Shown here piece by piece: positions 1 to 9,001 of a stretch of 64,000 nt of DNA. Source of the stretch: Halobaculum sp. D14 (lineage in GTDB: Archaea > Halobacteriota > Halobacteria > Halobacteriales > Haloferacaceae); contig NZ_JBNTKA010000002.1 of assembly GCF_051195135.1 (NCBI RefSeq), forward strand, positions 831,298 through 895,297. Reading direction: 5' to 3'. The notes beneath the pieces are model-generated. The model made no database searches. It saw only the letters and a list, made by a program, of their open reading frames with translations, and had not been told where the DNA came from. Each line of letters starts with the position of its first letter. Position 1 is the stretch's first letter. Position numbers and translations under genes: made by a program.

Positions 1-148
1 ACAAGCCGCGGCTCCACTTCCGCCCGGCGCCGACCCGTGACACCGAGCGGTAGCGACCCGGAGCCGGCGGTTCGCCGCCGAAGCCGCGGTTTCACTTCCG
101 CTCCGTGCGTGGCTCGCGGTTAAGCGCGTCCCGGCGGAAGCGTGTCGC

Positions 149-841
149 ATGCACGGCCCAGAGCCGATTCGGGACGACGGCGCCGACGGGGCACAGCTCG
201 ACCAGCCGACGCTCGACGACGGCGTGACGCTGCTCCGGCCGCCCGACGCGCGGTCGACCGCGCTGCACCGCCTCGTCGTCGACGCGCTCGCGGACGCCGA
301 CCGGGCGGGCGGCCCGGCGTACTGGGTCGACGCCCGCAACGCCGCCGTCTCGCACGCGCTGTACCGGCTGGCGCCCGCCGACCGGGCGCTCCGCGGGCTG
401 CAGGTCGCGCGGGCGTTCACGGCGTACCAGCACCTCGAACTGGTCCGGACGCTCGCGCGGCGCGCCCGGCCCGGCACGCGGCTCGTCGTCGCGCCGAACG
501 TCGCGTCGCTGTACCGCGACGGCGACGTCCCGGACGGCGAAGCCGACCGGCTGCTCCGCGCCGCGCTCGCGACGCTGTCCGAACTCGGGGACGCGCTGGA
601 CTGCCCGGTGGTGGTCTCCGCCACCGGCGACGACGACCACGCCGACCGCGTCGCCGACGCCGCCGACCGCGTCGTCGACTGCGAGCGGACCGCCCTCGGC
701 CTGACGTACGACGCGCCCGGGTTCGACGTCGACGGCTACCACCGCGGCGACCACTGGCAGACCACCATCCCGTACTGGGTCGACCTGTGCGGTCGGCTTG
801 AGCCGGTCGATCCGCGGTTCACCGCGGAGGTGCCGGCGTGA
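149..841 (+). CDS. hypothetical protein, first gene of the PolB-like triad
   Basis: ORF of 230 aa with haloarchaeal acidic composition; same strand as the PolB-like gene and closely spaced; no recognisable motif. Confidence 0.55.
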   Translation: MHGPEPIRDDGADGAQLDQPTLDDGVTLLRPPDARSTALHRLVVDALADADRAGGPAYWVDARNAAVSHALYRLAPADRALRGLQVARAFTAYQHLELVRTLARRARPGTRLVVAPNVASLYRDGDVPDGEADRLLRAALATLSELGDALDCPVVVSATGDDDHADRVADAADRVVDCERTALGLTYDAPGFDVDGYHRGDHWQTTIPYWVDLCGRLEPVDPRFTAEVPA

Positions 842-944
842 CCCGCGTGACACGCGTCGCTCCCGCTCACCAACTCGCTGTCGACGTCGTCGGCGTCGTC
901 GCTGTCCTCGTCGGCGTCGTCGCCGCAGCCGGAGGTGGGCGCTG

Positions 945-1277
945 ATGGGACGGACGAACCCGACGTACCGGCGGTTCCTCGAATCGTACGAGCAGGACTG
1001 GTCGACGTTCCGGCGGGCGCTGCGCGCACAGCACCGCGACGACTTCGACCGGCTGTTCGAGCGCGCGGCCGAGCACGCCGCGGCCGCCGGGATGCAGAAC
1101 CCGACGGACCCGACTGAGGCGCTGCTCGTGTCGCTGCTCGTCGCGCACGAAACCGAGATTCGGCGGCTCCGCGCGCGGCTGGACAGCGTCGAGGGCGGCG
1201 ACGCGGCGGCCGGTGCGGCGGCCGACGCGACTGACGCGGCGGCTGACGCGACGGCCGACCGGCCCGCGGACGAATGA
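945..1277 (+). CDS. hypothetical small protein (about 110 aa)
   Basis: In-frame ATG at 945 follows an Arg-rich artefactual N-extension; the stop overlaps the next start as ATGA at 1274-1277. Confidence 0.5.
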   Translation: MGRTNPTYRRFLESYEQDWSTFRRALRAQHRDDFDRLFERAAEHAAAAGMQNPTDPTEALLVSLLVAHETEIRRLRARLDSVEGGDAAAGAAADATDAAADATADRPADE

Positions 1278-3373
1278 CCGTCTCGCTGGAGTTCGTCGAC
1301 GGCGACGTCGTCGAGTGGCGCCGCGGCGACGCGGGCGTCGAGCGGCGGCGCGTCACGGACTACGAACCGGCGCTGTTCGTCGACGGCCCCGACGACACAC
1401 TCGACCGGCTCGCGGACTGGCTCGCCGGCGACGACCGCGTCACGGAGACCGGGTTCGCGGAGCGGTTCCCGTCGCTGCACGACCGCGAGCCGAGCCGGAT
1501 GCTCCGCGTCGCGGCCGCGGACGCGCGGGCGGTCCGGCCGGTCGCGCGCCGCGTCCGCCGGGAGTTCGAGACGGCGACTGCGGCCCCCGGGACGCTCCGG
1601 CTGTTCGACGTCGACCTCGACCCGGGGTTCCGGTACTGCCTCGACACCGGCACCGACCCGGCGCCGACGCGCGACCCCCGGACGCTCCGCGTCGACCTGC
1701 CGACCGACGCGCTCGCCGGCGGCGACGTCTCCGCGCTCCGCGTCGACGGCGACGACGCGGGCGACACCGAAGCCGAGGCGGTCGAGACGCTCGCCGCGCG
1801 GCTCGCCGCGGTCGACCCGGACGCGCTGGTGGTGTCGAGCGCGGACGTCGTCCCGACGGTTTCGGCGCGCGCGGACGCCGTCGACGTCCCGTTCCGGTGG
1901 GGCCGGGAAACCCCGGCGGACCGCGGCTGGCGGCGGCTCGCCGGCGAGAACACGTACCACAGCTACGGCCGCGTCGGGCACTCGCCGGCGCGGTACGCCG
2001 TCCCCGGCCGAGCGGTTCTCGACCGCTCGAACAGCTTCCTGTGGGGGAAAGCCGGGCTGGACGGCCTGCTGTACCTCGTGGCGCGCTCCGGGCGGCCGCT
2101 GCAGGAGGCGGGCCGCGCCAGCATCGGCGGCATCCTGACGTCGATGCAGATTCGGCACGCCCGCGCCCGCGACGTGCCGGCGCCGTGGCGGCCGTGGGAG
2201 GCCGAGCAGTTCAAGCCGCTGTCGACGCTGCACGACGCCGACCGCGGCGGCGCCACGCTCGCGCCGACCGTCGGCTACCACGAGGACGTCGTCGAACTCG
2301 ACTTCGCGTCGCTGTACCCCGAACTCATCCGGCAGCACAACCTCAGCGCCGAGACCGTCCGCTGCGGCTGCTGTGACGGCGACGACGTCCCCGGGCTCGG
2401 CTACAGCGTCTGCGACCGCGAAGGGTTCCTGCCGGGCGTCCTCGCCCGCCTGCTCGACGACCGGGCGCGCTGCAAGCGCCGGGCCGCCGACGGCGACGAC
2501 GCCGCCGGCCGCGTCGCCGACGCCATCAAGTGGGTGCTGGTGTCCTGCTTCGGCTACCAGGGCTACCGGAACGCGAAGTTCGGCGTCATCGAGTGCCACG
2601 AAGCCATCAACGCGTTCGCCCGCGAGGCGCTGCTCGACGCCAAGGACGCCTTCGAACGCGGCGGCTGGTCCGTGCTGCACGCCATCGTCGACAGCGTCTG
2701 GATTCGGGCCGACGGCGACGACCCCGCCGACCCCGCGTCGCTCGCGGCGGCCGCGACGGACGCCGCGTCGGTGCCGCTGGAGCACGAAGCCGACTACGAC
2801 TGGGTGTGTTTCGTGCCGAAGCGCGGCTCGCAGACCGGCGCGCTCACACGCTACTTCGGTCGGCGCAGCGACGGCGGCTTCCGCGTCCGCGGCATCGAGT
2901 GCCGGCAGCGCAGCACGCCCGCGTTCGTCGCGGACGCCCAGCGCGACCTCCTCCGGGCGTTCGACGCCGACCGGACGCCGGAGGCGGTCTGCGACCGGCT
3001 CGCCGGGCAGCTCCGCCGGCTCCGCCGCGGCGACGTCGACCCGTCGCGGCTCGTCGTCGACGCCCGCGCGTCGAAGTCCGTCGACGAGTACGACCGCGAG
3101 ACGCTCACCGCGGCGGCGCTGGAGCGGTACGCCGACGCCGGCGTCGACCGCGCCGCCGGCCAGTCGGTCGCGTACGTCGTCACCGACGACGACGCCCGCG
3201 GCCGCGGCCGCGTCCGACTCCCGTTCGAGGACCCGGACCGCTACGACGCCGACTACTACCGCCGCCGACTGCTCCGCGCCGCCGAGAGCGTCGTCTCGCC
3301 GGTCGGCTGGGACCGCGACCGCATCGAACGGTTCCTCGCCGGCAGCCGCGACGCGACGCTGTCGGCGTTCTGA
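1274..3373 (+). CDS. family-B DNA polymerase homolog, apparently inactivated
   Basis: Motif A is LDFASLYPELI (DxxSLYPSII-like); a degenerate motif B lies around GYQGYRNAKFG; motif C YGDTDS is replaced by IVDSVW, losing the first Asp. Length is 699 aa. Confidence 0.8.
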   Translation: MTVSLEFVDGDVVEWRRGDAGVERRRVTDYEPALFVDGPDDTLDRLADWLAGDDRVTETGFAERFPSLHDREPSRMLRVAAADARAVRPVARRVRREFETATAAPGTLRLFDVDLDPGFRYCLDTGTDPAPTRDPRTLRVDLPTDALAGGDVSALRVDGDDAGDTEAEAVETLAARLAAVDPDALVVSSADVVPTVSARADAVDVPFRWGRETPADRGWRRLAGENTYHSYGRVGHSPARYAVPGRAVLDRSNSFLWGKAGLDGLLYLVARSGRPLQEAGRASIGGILTSMQIRHARARDVPAPWRPWEAEQFKPLSTLHDADRGGATLAPTVGYHEDVVELDFASLYPELIRQHNLSAETVRCGCCDGDDVPGLGYSVCDREGFLPGVLARLLDDRARCKRRAADGDDAAGRVADAIKWVLVSCFGYQGYRNAKFGVIECHEAINAFAREALLDAKDAFERGGWSVLHAIVDSVWIRADGDDPADPASLAAAATDAASVPLEHEADYDWVCFVPKRGSQTGALTRYFGRRSDGGFRVRGIECRQRSTPAFVADAQRDLLRAFDADRTPEAVCDRLAGQLRRLRRGDVDPSRLVVDARASKSVDEYDRETLTAAALERYADAGVDRAAGQSVAYVVTDDDARGRGRVRLPFEDPDRYDADYYRRRLLRAAESVVSPVGWDRDRIERFLAGSRDATLSAF

Positions 3374-3412
3374 ACGCGGCGACCGGGAGAACCGAGAGAA
3401 TCTGCGGCGGCG

Positions 3413-4009
3413 TCAGTCGGCGTTCGCTTCGTCCTCGTCGACGCCGGGGGCGTCCGTCACGGAGACGTCGTCCGGCTCCTCGGCGCCGCCGGTCGTCAGT
3501 TCGCCGTCGCCGTCGACGACGTAGGCGTCGTCCGCGAAGCCGGCGACGGCGTTCTCGAACTCCCCTTCGGCCATCGCGTCAGGCGTCGCCGGCGCGTCAG
3601 CGACGCCGCCGTCGGGGGCGAACTCGCCGAGCGGGTCGTCGATGGTGACGCCGTGGTCGGCGAAGAACTCCTCGTAGCGCCGGTAGTGCGCCTCCAGTTC
3701 GTCGGCCGGGAACTCCATCATCTCCGCCCAGCCGTGGTTGAAGAAGTCGAAGTTCGCCTGGATGTGCGTGATTTCGCGCGCCTCCGCCTCCGGGTAGCCC
3801 CCGTCGAGCGCCGCGAGGTAGGCGTCCATGGTGGCGTCGAAGAAGTCGTCGAGGTGGTCGCGCCGCTCCTCGCGGTGCGCCTCGTCGGCGCGGCCGAGGA
3901 AGACGTCGGTGTGCAGCCCGACGAGTCGGTCGTGGACGACGTTGCCGACGACCGGCGTCGTCAGTGCCTGCTTCGCGGCCCAGTGACGGACGTTCTGCCG
4001 GAGCTTCAT
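3413..4009 (-). CDS. hypothetical acidic protein
   Basis: Starts at MKLRQNVRHWAAK..., 198 aa with an acidic C-terminus; the upstream part of the ORF is an Arg-rich extension. Confidence 0.55.
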   Translation of the reverse strand: MKLRQNVRHWAAKQALTTPVVGNVVHDRLVGLHTDVFLGRADEAHREERRDHLDDFFDATMDAYLAALDGGYPEAEAREITHIQANFDFFNHGWAEMMEFPADELEAHYRRYEEFFADHGVTIDDPLGEFAPDGGVADAPATPDAMAEGEFENAVAGFADDAYVVDGDGELTTGGAEEPDDVSVTDAPGVDEDEANAD

Positions 4010-4184
4010 CGACGGAAACGTGTCGTTCCAGCGGCTTAAGCGGTGGCCATGCGGCGGCGACGTGGCGGCGACGAGGACAGCGACGCGCCGATCCGAGCGC
4101 GCCGGACGCCGGGCGTGTGACCGGGTGACGTGGCTCCTGCGTCGATAGCAACCCACATTAACCCCGAATCCTAACCGGTCGGGT

Positions 4185-5426
4185 ATGAGCCAGTCGTTCG
4201 TCATCATCGGCGACGGAATCGCGGGGAGCTCCGCCGCCGAAACCCTCCGCGAGGAGGAACCGGACGCCGACATCACGGTCATCACGGACGAGGGCGAAGC
4301 CCTCTACAACCGCATCCTCATCAAGGAGTACGCGAAGGGGAAGCTCCCCGAAGCGCCCATCTCCATCCACCAGGAGGGCTGGTACGAGGAGCGCGACATC
4401 GACCTCGAACTGAACACGCTCGTCGTCGACATCCGGACGGACGACCACGAAGTCGAGACCCACGAGGGCGACGTCTACGGCTACGACAAGCTCCTGCTTG
4501 CCATCGGCGGCACCCCGCAGCAGCTCCCCGTCGACGGCTCCGACGCCGACGGCGTCCACCACTTCTGGACGTTCCAGGACGCCCGCCGCATCAAGGAGTC
4601 CGCCGACGACGCGGACGACGCGGTCATCGTCGGCGCCGGCCTGCTCGGCATCGACTTCGCCGCCATCTGCGGCGCGCAGGGCGTCTCCGGGAAGTACCTG
4701 ATGCGCGGCAACAGCTGGTGGCGCTACGCGCTCTCGGAGGAGGGCGCCGAACTGATGCACGAGGCGATGCGCGAACGCGGCGTCGAGCCGGTGTTCGACT
4801 CCGGCGTCGACCACTTCGAAGTCGACGACGACGGCCACGTCGAAGCCGCCGTCGACCCGAACGGCGACCGCTACGAGGCCGACTTCGCCGGCGTCGCCAT
4901 CGGCCTGAACCTCAACACGGAACTCGTCGAAGGAACCGACATCGAGACGGACGACGGCATCGTCGTCGACGAGTACATGCGGACGAACGACGAGGACGTG
5001 TTCGCCGCCGGCGACATCACCCGGTTTTACGACGTCATCCTCGGCGAACAGGCGCAGAACGGCGCGTGGGGCAGCGCGAAAGAGCAGGGCACCATCGCCG
5101 CCAAGAACATGCTCGACTACGGCTCCGAGCAGTTCGAGTGGGTGTCGTCGTACTCCATCACGCACTTCGACTTCCCGTTCCTGTCGTTCGGCCACCCGAC
5201 GCTCGGCGACGACGAGGTCATGAAGAAGTTCGGCGACGACGAGTGGCGCCGCCTCGCGCTCAAGGACGGCAAAATCGTCGGCGGCGTCCTCATCGGGAAC
5301 CTCGCGCCGCAGTCCGCGTACAAGTCGCTGATGCGCGAGCAGGTGGACGTCTCCGGGCAGAAGGACGTCCTGATGAAAGAGGGGTTCTCCGTCGACGACC
5401 TCGAAACCGAGGCCGCCGCGGAGTAA
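4185..5426 (+). CDS. FAD-dependent pyridine nucleotide-disulfide oxidoreductase (NADH oxidase / ferredoxin-reductase like)
   Basis: N-terminal GDGIAGSSAA dinucleotide fold, second GAGLLGIDFA NAD fold, AAGDI FAD motif; 413 aa. Confidence 0.85.
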   Translation: MSQSFVIIGDGIAGSSAAETLREEEPDADITVITDEGEALYNRILIKEYAKGKLPEAPISIHQEGWYEERDIDLELNTLVVDIRTDDHEVETHEGDVYGYDKLLLAIGGTPQQLPVDGSDADGVHHFWTFQDARRIKESADDADDAVIVGAGLLGIDFAAICGAQGVSGKYLMRGNSWWRYALSEEGAELMHEAMRERGVEPVFDSGVDHFEVDDDGHVEAAVDPNGDRYEADFAGVAIGLNLNTELVEGTDIETDDGIVVDEYMRTNDEDVFAAGDITRFYDVILGEQAQNGAWGSAKEQGTIAAKNMLDYGSEQFEWVSSYSITHFDFPFLSFGHPTLGDDEVMKKFGDDEWRRLALKDGKIVGGVLIGNLAPQSAYKSLMREQVDVSGQKDVLMKEGFSVDDLETEAAAE

Positions 5427-5679
5427 CGCCGCACGTCGACGTTCGAACCCGAACCGTTCCGACCGCCGAACCCGAATCGCCTCGACCACCGAACCCGAAC
5501 CGCTTTCTCGCCGTTTCTCGAATTTCGCTGAAGAGTACGGCCGTTTCACCGCGTCATCCCCTCGCCGCCGACCGGTTCACTGCGCGTCGTCAGAGCCGCA
5601 CGCCGCCGAACTGCTCTGCCATTTGACTGTTCCCCACACTGCACCAACATTTAAGGCGTATCATGTTGTATGGTAACTC

Positions 5680-5955
5680 GTGGCACGACACGGTCCGACC
5701 CTGACGCTCCGACCCGCCGAGGCCGTCCCCGAGAAGGCGACCGTCCGGCACGTCGACCAGCTTTCCGAGGGCGAACTCGAAGCCGTCGCCGACATGGCGG
5801 ACGGCGAGAAGCGACGCACACCGGGGCTTCAGCCGGGTGACGTCGTCGTGTTCACGTCGTACTATCGCGTGGTGGCCGCGGAGCGCGGCGGAGTCGACTC
5901 CACGGTCGCCGGGACGGCGGCGGACGGCGGCTCCCCCGTCCGCGGCCGGCGTTGA
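5680..5955 (+). CDS. hypothetical small protein (GTG start)
   Basis: ORF of 91 aa; a TATA-like tttaagg lies about 25 nt upstream at 5651. Confidence 0.35.
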   Translation: MARHGPTLTLRPAEAVPEKATVRHVDQLSEGELEAVADMADGEKRRTPGLQPGDVVVFTSYYRVVAAERGGVDSTVAGTAADGGSPVRGRR

Positions 5956-6137
5956 GTCGACCCGGCGCCGAGTCCGTCACGCGCTGCCGGTGTCCGTGGT
6001 CGCAGCCGCCGGCCCACCACGGCGGCGCCGCTCCGCGGTGATTCTCGCGCGGCCGCGCCGTCGGACCCGCTGACCCCCGGCGCCGCCTGCGCGTTCCAAT
6101 CGACACCGTTTTCGGCGGCGTTCGCGGAACGGGTAGT

Positions 6138-6557
6138 ATGGACGGCGGCGGTTCCACAGACATGACGCTCGCGTTCGAACTCGAGGCGCTGAAAGCGCTC
6201 GCCGACCCGAACGCGGTGTTCAACGACGCCCGCAGTTGGACCGAGTACGTCGGCGTCGTCTCCGAGAAGCCGACGTACGTCGTCACGAACTTCACCCGGA
6301 AGCACCGCGTCCGCCAGGACTTCTTCTCCGGGCCGCGCGGCGTCGCCGAGTCGCTGGAGAACGTCAAACAGCAGTTCGACACCGACCGGCACGTGTTCGT
6401 CGGCACCTCCGAGGAGGACCGCGCGGTCGCCGAGGAGACCGGCTGGGAGTACCTCCCGCTCGAGCAGGCCGCCGAGGCGGCCGGCTGGGAGCGCGCCGAA
6501 CCGGAGCCGGAGTCCGACCCGTTCGAGGACGACGACGGCCGCGACGACTGGCCCTGA
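6138..6557 (+). CDS. hypothetical protein (conserved haloarchaeal type, acidic C-terminus)
   Basis: ORF of 139 aa with good coding composition. Confidence 0.55.
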   Translation: MDGGGSTDMTLAFELEALKALADPNAVFNDARSWTEYVGVVSEKPTYVVTNFTRKHRVRQDFFSGPRGVAESLENVKQQFDTDRHVFVGTSEEDRAVAEETGWEYLPLEQAAEAAGWERAEPEPESDPFEDDDGRDDWP

Positions 6558-6761
6558 CGGCTCGCCGGTCGCCGCGACTCACCTACCGCACCGCGTCGCC
6601 ACCGCTGCCACCGCGTCGCCAGCGCGTCACTCCGCGTCGACGCCGCGTCGCCGCCACGCCCGAAATCCGGCCGCGACAACCGGACGGTTCTGCCTGCACA
6701 GTCGAGCCGGCCTGACATCTTCGTGTTTCGAAAGCACTAATCGCCGGCTTCCCCTGTAGCG

Positions 6762-7694
6762 TTGTACGAAATGAGTCATCAGCTGCCGGACGTGCAGGCG
6801 AGCCGGCCGGACGTCACCGTCGGGCTGAGTCAGGTCGGCGTGACCGGCGTCGAGAAGCTCGTGAAAATCGACCGCGGCGACGACCGCCCGTGGGTGTTCA
6901 TGGCCGAGTTCTCCGTGTTCGTCGACCTGCCCGGCGAACGCAAAGGCATCGACATGAGCCGGAACATGGAGGTCATCGACGAGGTGCTCGAAGCCGCCGT
7001 CAGCGAGGAGGCGTACCGCATCGAGGACGTCTGCGGCGACGCCGCCGACCGGCTCATCCGGAAGCACGACTACACGTCGACCGCCGAGGTCAGCATGACC
7101 GCGGAGTTCGTGACGAAGGAGAACACGCCGGCGTCCGACCGCGAAACCCAGAGCACCGCGACCGTCATCGCGTCGGCGGTCGCCACCGAGGACGGCACCC
7201 GCGAGGAGATCGGCGCCGAAGTCACCGGGATGACGGTGTGTCCGTGCTCGCAGGGCATGTCGGAGTCGCGGGCCCGCGACAAGCTCGAAGAGCTCGGCGT
7301 CGACGACGACACCGTCGAGGAGTTCCTCGACGAGGTGCCCCAGCCCGGCCACAGCCAGCGCGGCCACGCGACGCTGACGTTCACGGCGGACGGGACGCCG
7401 GACGTCGACCTGCTCGACGTCATCGACGTCGCCCGCGACGCGATGAGCGCCCGCATCTACAACTACGCCAAGCGCCCCGACGAGGACCACATGACGTACC
7501 AGGCGCACATGGACGCGAAGTTCGTCGAGGACTGCGTCCGGTCGCTCGCCGAGGACGTCGTCGACGAGTTCGACCACCTCGACGACGACGTCGTCGTCCG
7601 CATGAAGCAGTCGAACGACGAGTCCATCCACCAGCACAACGCGCACGCCGAACGCGACATCCGGCTCGGCCAACTGCGAGACGAACTCGCTTGA
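6762..7694 (+). CDS. mptA: GTP cyclohydrolase MptA (FolE2/MptA family)
   Basis: 310 aa with a CPCSQG Cys motif; length and composition typical of archaeal FolE2/MptA. Confidence 0.8.
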   Translation: MYEMSHQLPDVQASRPDVTVGLSQVGVTGVEKLVKIDRGDDRPWVFMAEFSVFVDLPGERKGIDMSRNMEVIDEVLEAAVSEEAYRIEDVCGDAADRLIRKHDYTSTAEVSMTAEFVTKENTPASDRETQSTATVIASAVATEDGTREEIGAEVTGMTVCPCSQGMSESRARDKLEELGVDDDTVEEFLDEVPQPGHSQRGHATLTFTADGTPDVDLLDVIDVARDAMSARIYNYAKRPDEDHMTYQAHMDAKFVEDCVRSLAEDVVDEFDHLDDDVVVRMKQSNDESIHQHNAHAERDIRLGQLRDELA

Positions 7695-7788
7695 CTCGAC
7701 AGCAGCTGCTCGACGCCGCCCCCGCCGCCTGTTTCGCCGCCGGGCGAAGGTATATGTGAACACGCCGCATGGATCTTCTCGGATCGCC

Positions 7789-8058
7789 ATGCAACCGTGC
7801 CAGAACTGTCAGACGGTCATCGACGAGTACACCCTGGACAAACAACTCGAGCCGCTGCGCGACCTGACGGTCGACGACTTCAACGTCTGTGCGGACTGCG
7901 TGACAATCGCCGCCGACGCGTGCGTGGAGTGCGGCGGTGCGGTGTACGTTCCCCGGAAGGCGTCCGCCACGCCGGACTACTGCCCGGCGTGCCGGTCTGA
8001 CCTCATCGAGCGGACGGGCAACGACCCCGGCTGGCACTGCGACGTCATCTCGACTTGA
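7789..8058 (+). CDS. Cys-rich zinc-finger small protein
   Basis: Four CxxC pairs (CQNC, CADC, CVEC, CPAC); start taken at ATG 7789; tatatg 37 nt upstream. Confidence 0.55.
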   Translation: MQPCQNCQTVIDEYTLDKQLEPLRDLTVDDFNVCADCVTIAADACVECGGAVYVPRKASATPDYCPACRSDLIERTGNDPGWHCDVIST

Positions 8059-8121
8059 CCTCGGCGGCGGGGCCGGTGCAGTCGCCCGCGACGACTGCAC
8101 ACCGACCGCGACTGCGCTTCG

Positions 8122-8928
8122 TTACGGGAACGCCAGCGGAGACGCCTCCTCCCACCGGGCGCGGAACGTCTCGTGGGCGTCGGCGGCGAACTCCGGGTCC
8201 TTCAGGTCTATCATCGCGAACGACTCGTCCGGGTCGACCGGGCTCGGTACCTCCATGCAGACCTCGGCGTCGTCGACGAGCGTGAACGTCCCGCGGACGC
8301 CGGCGGCGGTCCGCGCCTCGAACGACGGGTGGTCCGCCATCCGCTCGGTGTACCGGCGGCCGACGCTCCGCGGCAGCGTCGACGGCAGGTCCTCCGAGAG
8401 CAGCACCGACACGTCGACGCCGCGTTCGAGCGCGACCTCCAGTTCCTCGACGATTCGGTCGCCGATTTCGCCGATGTCCAGCCCCGACGCCGGGACCGAC
8501 GCGATCATGACGACGCGGTCGTCCGCCGCGGCGAGCCGTTCGAGCAGCAGGTCCGCGGTGTCCTCGGCGCCGACGGCGGCGGTCCAGAACTGCTCTTCGA
8601 CCGGGGTCGCCGCGTCGAGTTCCCGGGTGAGTTCCGCGACGATCTCCTCGTACTGGTCGGCCTTCTCCGCGAGTTCGCGCTTCTTCTCGTCGAGCAGCCG
8701 GTCGAGCGCCGCGTCCGGTTCGACGCCGACGTAGCGCTTCGGGCGGCTGGCCGCCTGGCTCCGGGCGAGCCGGTGGCGTTCGAGGCTGTTGAGCACGTCG
8801 TAAATCCGGCCCATCGGGACGCCGCTCGCCTCCGACAACTCCTTCGCGGTTGCCGGGGCGACGTCCAGGAGCGCGCGATACGTGCGAGCCTCGTACTCGG
8901 AGAGCCCGAGGTCACGGAGGTCTGCCAT
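8122..8928 (-). CDS. TrmB family transcriptional regulator
   Basis: N-terminal wHTH (LGLSEYEARTYRALL...AKELSEASGVPMGRIYDVLNSLE) and a C-terminal TrmB-like domain. Confidence 0.8.
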   Translation of the reverse strand: MADLRDLGLSEYEARTYRALLDVAPATAKELSEASGVPMGRIYDVLNSLERHRLARSQAASRPKRYVGVEPDAALDRLLDEKKRELAEKADQYEEIVAELTRELDAATPVEEQFWTAAVGAEDTADLLLERLAAADDRVVMIASVPASGLDIGEIGDRIVEELEVALERGVDVSVLLSEDLPSTLPRSVGRRYTERMADHPSFEARTAAGVRGTFTLVDDAEVCMEVPSPVDPDESFAMIDLKDPEFAADAHETFRARWEEASPLAFP

Positions 8929-9001
8929 AGTTCTGCATGCGGACCGCGAAGTAAAAACGCTCCGCCAGTTTATCGGGTCGGCCGGTCGCCGACCGCGCCG
9001 G

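Noticed and set aside
1-148. Replication origin (ORB repeats) next to a polymerase-like gene
   Set aside because: The repeat matches the ORB consensus only partly. There is no orc/cdc6 gene, no AT-rich DUE and no G-string.
92-2785. 897-aa minus-strand ORF, extremely Arg/Gly/Pro-rich
   Set aside because: It is a shadow frame opposite the PolB-like and upstream genes. Its composition reflects the GC-rich antisense of real genes, and it has no motifs.
5663-5704. 13-codon ATG ORF immediately after the TATA-like box at 5651
   Set aside because: It is too short and ends at TGA after 13 codons. The longer GTG-initiated frame at 5680 is the more plausible gene, and even that is low confidence.
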